From: Vicugna vicugna
Taxonomy: Eukaryota
Direction of reading: 5' to 3'
DNA: 64,000 nucleotides
Assembly: GCA_013265495.1 (NCBI GenBank)
Contig: MU058636.1
Span: 6,235,741 to 6,299,740 of the forward strand
The notes under the pieces are model-generated. The model ran no database searches. It was not told where the DNA came from and saw only the letters and a list, made by a program, of their open reading frames with translations. This document shows positions 12,960-24,174 of the stretch, piece after piece (position 1 is the stretch's first letter; every line of letters begins with the position of its first letter). Position numbers and translations under genes: made by a program.

Positions 12960-13570
12960 TTCCTAAAGTCTTTGTAACACTTGACTCTTCCCTGCAAATT
13001 ATTTGACCCCTAAAATTAGTTGACTATATATGTGTGAGTGTTTGTCTGGGGTCTCTATTCTGTTACGGGTCTGCTGGTGGGCTTGTCTCCACAATCTGAT
13101 TTCTTTCTTCTTCACATCTTTTAACAGTCTCTTGAGGGGAAAGGAGCGCTGATCGTTGTGTTCCAGATCTGAGTGTGCTAGAAATGGGGGGGGGGACAGG
13201 CAGGCATACTGATGCATTTGCATAAGAGTTGTTTTCCTACACAGATTATTACTGCCAGCTATTAATTAGATCTAGATTTTCTATTTTCTTTGTTCTCCGT
13301 GTTCTGTATATTATTGCCAATGTCCACATTTAAAAGTGAAAAATAACAAGTACATACCTGGAACTTCAAGGCCTCATCCTCTGGCTTCTCTGCACCAGCC
13401 CCTCCCTGTTGGCTATATGCTCTCCCTTCCCCAGCCAAAGTTTTAAATTTTAATGTAAAAGTCTGTGTCTTTGTGATTACCCTAGATATAGCAATATGTA
13501 GGGTTGTTTTTTTATTTTTTTTGGTGGGGGAGGGAGGGTAGGAATAAAATAATTCATTGAGAATCATATA
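12960..13570 (-). mobile_element. Ancient L1 (L1M) fragments
   Basis: aaaattagttgactatatatgtgtgagtgtttgtctggggtctctattctgtt and tattactgccagctattaattagatctag resemble antisense L1 ORF2/3' region. Confidence 0.55.
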
Positions 13571-14189
13571 AATGCTGTAATGAGAATTTTAAAAACATAA
13601 TTATTACAAAAATATTTTCATAGGTTTCTCTGCCAATGAAAAAATAATAAATTATATTTCCTTAAGGCGTTTATTAGTATGCTGATGAAAATTTTGAGCT
13701 ACAGTACTGACAGTCACAATAATGAAATACATGAGATCAATTACACTGTTACACTCTAGCAGTATCTTAGATTTAATTTAAATGACTCACAGCCACAAAA
13801 GTAGAAAACTCAGTGCACTGGTATGATAAAGTACAGTTTTTTTTTAAAGTGGAAAGGACTTTATTAAGGAAGTTTGAGCATTATTTACGAATAAAGCAGA
13901 GTTATCTTTCAGTATCTGTACCCCACGATTGGGGAGGACTTTATTTTTTATCTTACAGCTTTCCTCATGATTTATTTGCAGTCAAGTATGACAGATCAAG
14001 GAGTGCGAGAACTTTGTGGAGCTGGAAGGAATGGTCAAGTACATGTAATCAATCCTCTCTTTTTATGATAAGGAAGGGAGGACTGGAGAGGTTGACTCCT
14101 TGAATCAGGTCATGCACTTTTCTGAGACCAAACCTAGAACAGTTTTGCTCAGTCTAGGCCAATGATTGTCAGTGTTAGGCATACTTTGA

Positions 14190-14327
14190 GTACTGGGTAA
14201 AATGCAGATTCCTGAGACCCACTGCCAGAACTATTAATAAGAATTTCTAGGCTAGAATCCAGAAATCTACATTTCTACAAAACTTCCGTAGGGTGAGTCT
14301 GATCTACACTGATGTTTCAGAACCACT
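14190..14327. mobile_element. MER5-type hAT-Charlie MITE
   Basis: aaaatgcagattcctgagaccc...agaaatctacatttctacaaaacttcc...ggtgagtctgat...tttcagaaccact. Confidence 0.75.
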
Positions 14328-14589
14328 TTCTGCAGACTGGGTTCTCCTCCTCCAGCTGCGTTTCCCGTGCAGCCTAGGGACTGGGGTGGGGGTACAGAGA
14401 AGATACCCATGGGTTTAGAGGGTAGTTTGGGGCAAGGGGACAAAAGCCATGGAATCAAACAGGAATATCAACCCACAGGGTCCATACTACTTACAGGTTT
14501 GTGAGAAGTCTTATTCTTACCTATGGCAAACATTACATATAAAGTGGTAGTGAAAGAAACATCTGCTAGTAATGCAAACATTGAGATTA

Positions 14590-14948
14590 AACAAGAAGTC
14601 AGGGGGAGGAGCAGAGGATGAGGCTGAAAATGTCAACCCTCCAATCACATGGTTAGTTTTATCGGCGACCAGCCTCTATCCTCAAGCTGTCTAGAGACCC
14701 CTCTTCCTAGCATAAACTCGGGCATGGTTGAAAGGAGATTCTTATGAATAATAAGACTTAGAAAATTTCAAGGGTTTTTGAAACTGTATGCCAAAAACAA
14801 AGAACAAATATATATATATATACACAGACACATATATACACACACATACATATATATACACACACACATATATATATGAATGATATTGATATATTTTATC
14901 TCTTATTATATATAATTTAAAATATAGACCTTTCATTATAATATCACA
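14590..14948 (-). mobile_element. MER21-type LTR fragment
   Basis: ggctgaaaatgtcaaccctccaatcacatggtt...cataaactcgggcatggttgaaagg...ttatgaataataagac...caaatatatat...atatcaca. Confidence 0.75.
14808..14877. repeat. Compound (TA)n/(CA)n microsatellite inside the MER21-type LTR
   Basis: atatatatatatatacacagacacatatatacacacacatacatatatatacacacacacatatatatat. Confidence 0.9.
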
Positions 14949-15233
14949 ACATGGTAATACATGTTTTTCCTAACATACTTTAAATATGAAAATATTAAAA
15001 ATGTCAGTGTGTCTGTGTCCTCTGTGACTTTGATATATCCAAAGACAAACTGTAGACAAATTCCACTTCATCTCATTTCCATCCCAGGGACCATAAATAC
15101 CCAAAAGGAAAATTTATAGTTGAATACATTTTTTAAAAATTCTAAGTCTTTACTAGTTAAACTCCTATGCCTATCCGAGTATCAGTCCCATCCTTAATTG
15201 AAATCTTGATTGTTTCAGATTGGGTTTAAGAAT

Positions 15234-15705
15234 TGTATTAGTCAGGGTTCTCCAGAGAAACAGATCAATATCATATATTGGCTGAAAGAGACTGATTATA
15301 AGTCTTGGCTTACAGGGTTATGGAGGCTGAGACACCCCATAATTTGCCGTCTATAAGCTGAAGACTCAAGAAAGCCAGTGGTGCAAGTTCAAAGGCCTGA
15401 GAGCCAGAGGGTAAATGGTGTAATTTCCAGTCAAAGACCGAAGGTCTAAAAACAAGGGCACTGAGGGCAGAAGACTGATGTCCATCTCAAGCAGTCGGGC
15501 AGAAAGGGAGCAAATCCTCATTTCCACCACCTTCTGGCTCTATTCCTGCCCTCAGAGAGCTGGATGATGACTTTCCACATGGCCGGGGCAGGGGGGTCGG
15601 GGGGGTCCACTTTACTGTCTACTCATCCTGATACAAATCTCTTCCAGAAACTTCCTCACAGACAGACCCAGAAATTCATTCAAGTTGACACATAAACTTA
15701 TCATA
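15234..15705 (-). mobile_element. ERVL solo LTR (MLT2B-like) with perfect 5-bp TSD
   Basis: tgtattagtcagggttctccagagaaacaga...caagttgacacataaacttatcata; flanked by agaat (15229-15233 and 15706-15710). Confidence 0.92.
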
Positions 15706-16629
15706 AGAATCAAGGATTATTTTTATAAATTAGGATATAAATATTTTTGAGGAGGAATGTAACCACTAAGATTTACACTTGTATGCCTAAAATGAAATGT
15801 CCAGCATACCCACTAGACTATGAGATCTTTGAGAGCATGGGATATATTTTATTCTTATATCTCCAGAATCTGGTAGAATGTCTGTCATATATTGAATGTA
15901 TAATTACTATATTTTTAAAAACATATGTCAGGCTATTAATTAAGAAACGCAATACAAACAATTGCTTTGCTTTGGTGTCCAGATATGTCGCCAAATTCAA
16001 ACTGCAAAAACGAAACGATAATTGGTCCTCACATTAATGACACATGGCTCTTCAAAGGTTAATTGAATTAAGCTGGAATAACTAAGTGTTGCACTTTAGA
16101 TCCCAAATAATAATAATAATTATTACATCCACATTTGACATCAAATTAACAAGTGTTTTGACATCTTAAATGATAATCACATTTTTAAATGAACCAGTCA
16201 ATAACCTGAACTGCTACTAGTGACCTGAAATGTCGAAATGATTTTTCTCCACCTTAGACTCATTTTTTATATAATATTGTCTCACTTTTGCTATGTAAAA
16301 TGATGGCCCACAGGGTTTGAATATTTTACAACAAATATGAAACCATCTTGTTGACCATGCAAGGAATGCCCATGTTTCAGCTTAATCATTTGATTTTTCC
16401 AAGTATTTCTGTCTTCTAGAATTATCTCTGAAGGAGCTATTAGACATAAACTGACTTGTTACAGTATTAAATAGTCTCAAAATATGTCTTAAATTGATTT
16501 ATTGTTTGGGATGGAAGCTTTAAAGCAGCAGCAAGCAACATAATTTTAGATGAAAATATTTTTTTTAACTTGAGTAATAGAAACATAAGCAAATACATAT
16601 AGTTAAATCTAAAATAATAACAATAGTAA

Positions 16630-16830
16630 AAATGAAATCAATTATAATTTCAGTTACCATTAACTGAGAGGTTATTATGCATCGGGTAGTGACCAGAACC
16701 TGTATGTGCAGTATCTTATTCTAACCACTCAGCTACATAAATCAGGTACCAGTTTATCCCCACTTGGCAGAGTCTTAAGAAGCTAGAGTACACCCAAAGT
16801 CATTCAGCCTCTAAATGGTGCAATCAGAAG
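16630..16830 (-). mobile_element. MIR SINE
   Basis: taccattaactgagaggttattatgc...tatcttattctaacc...tttatccccacttggcagag...cccaaagtcattcagcctctaaatggtg. Confidence 0.6.
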
Positions 16831-18893
16831 TATTAAAAGAAATTTACAGGTTGAATAATCTCAGATTAAAAAAATACAGGCCAGCAAGAAGAAATAAAAA
16901 GCATTGAAAAACAGTAATTATGTGGGTAAATCTAAGTGAACATTGTGTTAAATAATAGCATATAGTGAAGTTTAATATACACAGAATTAAAATGCACAAT
17001 GATAGTGCTAAACGTGAAAAGGAGATAAAGTGGTCTAAGAGCCTTCATTGTCAAAGAAGATTGTAAAAGTACGAATATATATGAATTTTTAAGAAACAAG
17101 CAAGCATATTTTAATCTCAGCTCAATTAAAGGGACAGTAAAAATAAATTGTATAACTGAAAGGCTAATAGAGTAGTGAAACTGAATAATAAACATTACTT
17201 GATTAAGGAGAAAAAAACAAATAAAAAGTGGTAGAATTAAAGGCAAATATACCAGTAGTTGCATTAAATATAAACTGACTGAATTCTCCAATGAAAAGAC
17301 AAAGATTGCCAAATGGAATTTAAAAAAAAAAACCACTATATGTTGCTTAGAATAGACTCACCTGAAATATAAAGACACATAAAGGACGAAAGTAAAAGAA
17401 CAGACAAGAATGTATCATGCAAAAAATGATGAAGAGAATGCTGTTATAGCTATACTAACATAAAACCTTAGACTTTCAGCCAATATGTAGATAATAGAGA
17501 TAGAATATCAAATTTTATAACAACAAACGAGGAAACTGTAATAACTTAAAATCTATATGCTACTAATCACACAATTCCAAAGTATATTTTAAAAATATTG
17601 GCAGAATATAGAGGGAAAGACAAATTCAAAGTCATACTGGGCACTTTTAATATATCTCTTTCTATAATTAGAAGAACAACAACAAAGTATTATTGAGGAT
17701 AGAGAAGATTTGGACCATAATTATCAAATCAAATCTCATTAATTTATTTTGCATCCCACATCTACAGAATCCATATTCTTTTGGAGTGTAAAAATAGTAT
17801 TTACCAAAATAAACTATACATTAGACTGAAAAGCAAGTCTCAATAAATTTCAGATTGAAATCGTAGAAAGAATATTCTCTGAACTCATTGGGATTAAGTT
17901 AGAAATCAATTTTAAGAGAAAATAGAAAACTAGCAAATTGTTTCAAAAGTAAACAATTCACTTCTGAAGGACCCATTCAGATTCAAAGAAGAAAATATTT
18001 TAAATTAAGTAATACTGAAAGTGCAGTTAATCAAAATTTGTTGGATGCATCTAAAATCTAAACTAAGAGAAAATTTCATAGCCTTAAATATAATTATTAG
18101 AAAGGAACAGAAGTTAAAAATTCATAATCTAAGTATCTGCCATAAGAAGCGAGAAAAAGAATAACAAGTTAATGCAAAGAAAGTTAAAGATATGAAGTAA
18201 GGTAATGCAGGCATTAATGAATTAGGGGGAAAATATAATAGGAAAACATCAATAAATCCAAAAGTCAATTCTTTGAAAAGACTGATAAAATAAGTGAACC
18301 TACAGCAAGATTGAATAGGAAAAAATAAAATACAGAAGGCATAATTTATCAATAATATGAATGAAAAAAGGAATATCACTAGAGATTCTGTACACATTGA
18401 AAGAATACTCACAGGGTATCATACACAAGTTTACGTCAATAAATTTGAAAATTTAGATGAAATAGGAAAATTAATTGAAAATTACAGTTGAAAAACTGAA
18501 TCAAGGGCAAAAATTAAAAGTTTGAATAGTTCTGTGTTTGTCAAACAAATTGAATCCATAATTTAAAGCCTTCACTGCAACCCCCACGCCCCCAAAATTT
18601 AAGCTCTAGGCTTATATTGCTTAACTAACACATTTTACCAAATCTTTGAGGAAGAAAAATTACTGAATAACACAAATTCTTCCAAAAAATAAGGGAAAAG
18701 GGAATATGCTCCACTCCAGTTTACAAGGCCAGCATAACCTTGATACCAAACCAGCCAAAAGAAAGAAGTCCAGACTAATATCATTCATGAAAAAAATTGC
18801 AAAAACTCTGAATGAGACAATGTTAAATAAAATCCAGTCTTATATATAAAGGATAATGCATCATAATCAAGTAAGATTTGTTCCAGAAATGCT
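16830..18893 (+). mobile_element. Ancient L1 (L1M) segment: inter-ORF region, ORF2 endonuclease, to start of RT; fully decayed
   Basis: aaatataaactgactgaattctccaatgaaaagacaaagattg...actatatgttgcttag...aaatataaagacac; caaggccagcataaccttgataccaaacc; catcataatcaagtaagatttgttccagaaatgc; A-rich strand bias. Confidence 0.9.
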
Positions 18894-18894
18894 T

Positions 18895-19212
18895 CCACCA
18901 GGAGAGAGGGGCACAGAAGGAGAATTTGGCCTGAAGAGCCTCGGGTTGTAATGCAGCTCTAAAAAGATCATGGCCAAACTTGCAAGGGGCTCCAGAACAG
19001 AGACTGACCACGAAGGAATCCTTCACTGGGCAGGAGTGGCCTGGTCCAAGACTCTGGGCACGTGTGGTCACTGGCTGAGAGCAGCCTTGGTGTGAACCCT
19101 ACAGTGGATCCTGAAGGTGCAGCAGCAGGAGGCGCTCTGATAACTCCACTCCTGTAATAGGTGCTCTAAAGGGGGATCTGCATGAATGGGGCATTTGAGG
19201 GCGCAGACCACC
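18895..19212 (-). mobile_element. ERVL LTR fragment (LTR16-like)
   Basis: ggtcactggctgagagcagccttggtgtgaacc...gtggatcctgaaggtgcagcagc...ctaaagggggatctg matches the reverse of the recalled LTR16 5' end. Confidence 0.6.
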
Positions 19213-22200
19213 TACAGGGTGGTCACATAGGTTTGCATACTTCATTGTAATTAATCTAGTCATGCACATAGGACTGAATATTTCTATATGCATTTTATGC
19301 AAGTGCATTTGTTATGCAAATAAATTTACTTTAAAGATGTCAAGCAAAGAACTGAAATCACCATTCTGAATCATTTTACCTAGATATTCTAGAAAAATTT
19401 ACCCCTAGAAACAGCCACATAGAGAATTATAAGTAGCTTTGTTTTTATGCATATTATTCAGAGAATTGTCTCATTTCTCCCACCACACTCTGTACAATCT
19501 TGATATAATGAGTTATCGCTGCATGCTATATAGTAACTGAAGACAAAGACTATTCTTTTTGAACCACGATACTCCTAGAACTTCCAAACTTCTTAAATAT
19601 CCATTTTCCTCATGATGATTTTAGTCTATATTGAAGCACCGTGTTTAATGCAGTCTTCCAGAGTTGCTGCCCAGGCCTGAGGTCTGCTTGTTGCTGGGAT
19701 GGACAGTGAGTAGCTGAGATTTCAAGGTCTTTTGTACAAAATCTGTAGCTGTTCAAGTGCCTGAGACAGAATTTGGATCAGGAGCCTGGAATAATGGCCA
19801 ACGTACATCCCAGCTTGCTGGTCTAGTCCGTGGACTGCCTGCTCTAATAGTCACAACTCAGAGTTTTTATCTAAAAAAAAAAAGGTCCCACTAATAAATG
19901 GAAACATAAATAGCATAGTGTGAATTCAGTACCAGCCAGAAAGCAGTTACTAAATTTGGAAGTAGGCTGCTTTCGTTTTGCCAATTTGGCATCAGGATCT
20001 CTGCTTTAGGCTGTAAAAGACACTCTATTATTCCGGTCATGGCCCTCTTTCCAAAAACAAGATCAAGACATTCTCACAAAAATGAGAACATTCTCCCTTT
20101 TCAAAAAGAGGAGCAAGAAGTACTTTTGGAACTTGCCACCCATGAACTCCCTGTGAATGATTTAGAAAAATAAAATGCAGAAAACCTGGTGGAAACAGAA
20201 CTAATTGTCTTTTTCAGTGCTCTTGGACAGTCCATCAGCCTCTTCTTCACATTTCACAAACGTCTCTTAATTAATGAGTATTTCATTACTAAAAAGTCAA
20301 AAGTAAAAAGAAAATTAAATCTGTTCTCTCTTGAAAAATGACCCCCACATCCCGTATCAGATGAAATGGTAAGTAGAAAATTACTCTTCTAAAGTGTGTT
20401 TTGATGGAACTACTTCTCAAAATGCAATTAGAACGTTATAGATAACAGTTGTAACATAAATTCAATGCAAGATTTTTAGAAGGATTTTTTTTTCCTTCTA
20501 ACGAAGCCACATTATTTAAGATTAATGGGACAGAAAACATGCTCTATTTCTGTCCTGCCTCTGTCAGAGACGTTTTCAAGCTGGCTGCCTTGGGTTTCCA
20601 GGACAGACGGCAGACACATGTTTTTAGGCATTTGTTAAGTCTGCCTGCCGTGGCCCCAGTGGCAGAAGTGACGTAAGGGAGCTTTCTTCAGCTGACAAGG
20701 GAAGAAAAGTTTGGAAGAAAATCTGTAATACCCTAAAAGAAATGTCATACATCACTGAAAACAAAGGAAAGTAAAGCCAAATAAACTGGGATTGGGGCTC
20801 TTTTTTCAATCATGTCAGCCCAAAGCGTTCCAGTCAGTGGTCTGAACACACCGCAGATGAGGACGGATTTACCACTTGACTTCACTGGCTAACAATCTCA
20901 AAGCTAAAAGGAAAAGGAATCTTTGCAAAAGGAAACCGGTGAAACTTAATGCATTCTGATTTCTTCTAAAGGCAGTGTGTTGCTCAAACATGAATTCTCG
21001 GAATGTAAAATGTAAAGATAGAGCAGGCTCTCCTGAACATACAGCGAATTTGGAAACAGGAAAAAACAAAACAAAACAAAACTGAAATAGTGCCCAGAAA
21101 GGAGTCTTTGCAGGACAAGAACGCAGAATAAAAGAAATGGCCGGGAGCTATATCTATCTAACAAGACTGATACAATTATTCTGTGGCCGCTTCCTTTTTT
21201 TGTTTAAAATAATCCAATAGCTGCGAAAGCCATTTGAGACCTTCATGGTGCATGGGATCCAGTCTTCAAGACAGGAAAAGAAATGATAACCAAACTGCAT
21301 TTGCTGATAAACCACTTCTATAATCAAAATGACTATGATTAAGGTTAAGTGGGGAAGTATTTGCTGCTGTTCTTATTTAACTTAAACTCCTTCTGTAACA
21401 AATTTACCTGGAGTGCAGGGAAATAAATGATGCCCATTTCTGTTTTAAGGCACTGTTCTAGAGAAACTGTCACCTTAGACGGCAGTTGTAAAGTCAACTG
21501 CTACCTGGAATTGGTGTACTTTATTTTCCATGAATACTTGTAGCACAAGCCATATCTAAGTAGGATAAAATAATTAAGTTGTACCTCTTCTTTTTAATAG
21601 AGCATATAAATTTCGTACAACCTGGGAGTGCTAAGGAGAAGAAAGGGTGTTTGTGGGACACAGAACCACCATAGAGGAAAGAGCTTCTGAAAAATAGACT
21701 AGATATTTTCAGCAAACTCATAACCTGGCCGTTCATCTTCTTCCAACTGAAGGTCAAGAAGGCAAGGATCATCTCTCCCCAGCAGCCATGAAAAATACTC
21801 AGAGGTATTTTAGCTGAAAGCACCAGCTCAGCTGTTACCATGAAGGAGAGTCACATTCCCCAGTCTTTCCACCATGCATTCAATCTCGGAAATTAAGCCA
21901 TTAAAAACAGAGCAATGCAAACAAAATGTAGCTGAGAGATTTGCATGATCTATTGCAAGACAAAAAGTTCTTATACGGAAGAAAGAAGTTTAAGCAACCA
22001 CAGACAAAATTCTTTGCATTTTTGCAGTGTATGAGCTCCAAGCTTTGAAGTTAGTCAACACGGCATGGACATCATGGTATGTGGATTGACGTGGAAGCAA
22101 AAAAAGATCAAGCAGAACCTGGGGCTACAAAGGAACAAAGGGATCCAGTGGGAAATACTAGTCAAGCCATTGGGAACACGGGGTTTTTATCAATATCCAA

Positions 22201-23339
22201 CAGAGAAGAGGCCTTTACACACACATGGTGTTTATACTTGCTGTGAAGATGCAGAAACCTGCAAGTTCACGTGCCACTCTAGTTTCCTGGCCAAATTACA
22301 GTCTCAGCAACTGCTGTCCTACAATTCAGCCAGTTCAGATTCCCCACCAACATAATTCTGATATCAACTCCATCCCCTATAATGTCCTCAGCTGCTTTTA
22401 GGAGTGCCTCAGGACACACACTCCCTTACTGTCAGGCCTCATCATTTAGGCTGCAAGCTACAGATTTGTGAGGTGGTCACCTCCCCTACACTGCTGGCTG
22501 TATTCTATAGAAATGAGCTCCAGTGGGCATGGCCAGCACCTCCACCTTCAGAAACCTTCCAGAGCCCTGTGGTTGCAGCCGTTGTGTTCTGCAAAGCAAC
22601 AGAAGAATGTGCTTCTCCCAAATTCTGTGAGATATCATGTCACCTGGGCCTTCATGCAGCACTGCGCACACCATGAGAGATTCCAGGCTTCTTGTCAAGC
22701 GGCCCCTGTAGCTTCTCAGGAGTCAGAGCCCAGTTCTTGGGCCAGCCAGGGAACAGAAACAGCTCTGCCTTCAGCTCCTCATTCATCACCTCTTTCTGTT
22801 CAACACCCAGCTCCTCCCTCACTCCTCACTGCCTCCCCCAAATACCTCTTTCAGCCAAAATGAGCAAACCGGAGAAAGTTGTCACACATGGGGATGGCAA
22901 CCCAGGAGGAGGAATGAAGGACCACTGATTCCTGCATTATTGTTTATGCCGTGATGTGGGGTGAAGACATTGCCCTCAAAGGGTTGATTCCTACTGGGCA
23001 TTAGTTTCAGAGAGGTGAAGACGCGTCACCCACTGTGACAAGGCACGCACCAATTTTTTGCTTGTAGATTCTTCTATGGGCTCTTGTCCCAGGAATAGGG
23101 GCTTTCGAAGAGCCAGAGGCCAATGCTGCTGCTCATTTTCAGGGATGTGAATGGGATTAAGCTGGACCTTAGTGAGTTCACTGGCAATCACCTGAGTTGG
23201 TAGTGCCTAGACGATCCAACAATTGGAGGTCTCCAGGAAGCTGACTCCTTTTCATTTGTGATTTTTTAATAAGACATGTATCTGACAAAGCCTTGAGATT
23301 TTGATGTGAGCTAAGCTGACCAGGAAGGGGCAGAAGCTC

Positions 23340-23560
23340 TGGAGACAGACAATCTTGGGTGTGAACCCTGGCACTGCCATTCAGAGAATTGCCCAACTGC
23401 TTGGGCAATTTGTTTAACTCTCCTATCCAAGCCTCAGTTTTCTCATCTATAAAATGGAAAGAAAATAATAACTAGAGTTTTCAGTGAAGACTAAATGAAA
23501 TCACGCTTCTAAATGGTTGGCCTCAGGTACAGGAAATGGTCGGTAACTGCTGGTTACCAT
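23340..23560 (+). mobile_element. MIR SINE
   Basis: ggagacagacaatcttgggtgtgaaccctggcactgcca...cttgggcaatttgtttaactctcc...gcctcagttttctcatctataaaatgg. Confidence 0.8.
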
Positions 23561-23941
23561 TTACCATAGCCTTAAACACAGACAAGCCAGGAGCTGACTA
23601 ATGCAAATGTTAACGTCTCCTTCAGCAAATATGTTCCCTGTAAGTCGCCTTTAAATGAAAGTAGGAGCGGACACTGAGTACCATCACCTACAAAGAGGAA
23701 AGATGGAAGCTGTAGGCATGGCAGCGAGTTGCCTGAGGGTGGAGGGTTCTGAGAGAAGCAGCTGCAGGAGCCGGACCGGGACTGCAGCTGGAGCTGCTGA
23801 TAAGGAAGGAATGAAAGAACGTGATAAAGACTCTCTTCCAGATAGTCTTATGCAGTTTGACTTAACGTGAAAGCAATAGGAAGAGATCTAGTCACATCTG
23901 GAAGGTATAAGCAGGTCTGATTTTAAGAAATATACAAGAGT

Positions 23942-24174
23942 TCAAGATCGGCAGATACTACCTAATACATATAAAATAGATAAACAACAAGTTCATACTG
24001 TAGAGCACAGGGAACTATATTCCATACCTTGTAGTGACTTACGGTGAAAAAGAATGTATGTATGTTCCTATGTGACTGAAGCACTGTGCTGTGCACCAGA
24101 AATTGACACAACATTGTAAACTGACTATACGTCAATAAAATATGTATATAAAAAACAAAAACAAACAAACAAAC
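23942..24174 (+). mobile_element. Young 5'-truncated L1 3' end (camelid/cetartiodactyl-type) with A-rich tail and 16-bp TSD
   Basis: atagataaacaacaagttcatactgtagagcacagggaactatattc...aattgacacaacattgtaaactgactatacgtcaataaaa + (AAAC)n tail; TSD agaaatat[a/g]caagagt at 23926-23941 and 24175-24190. Confidence 0.92.

Noticed and set aside
20628..20678. 45-nt + strand exon-like segment (tttttag|GCATTT...AGTGAC|gtaagg; AFVKSACRGPSGRSD)
   Set aside because: Short pyrimidine tract, unrecognised peptide, no partner exon; compatible with chance
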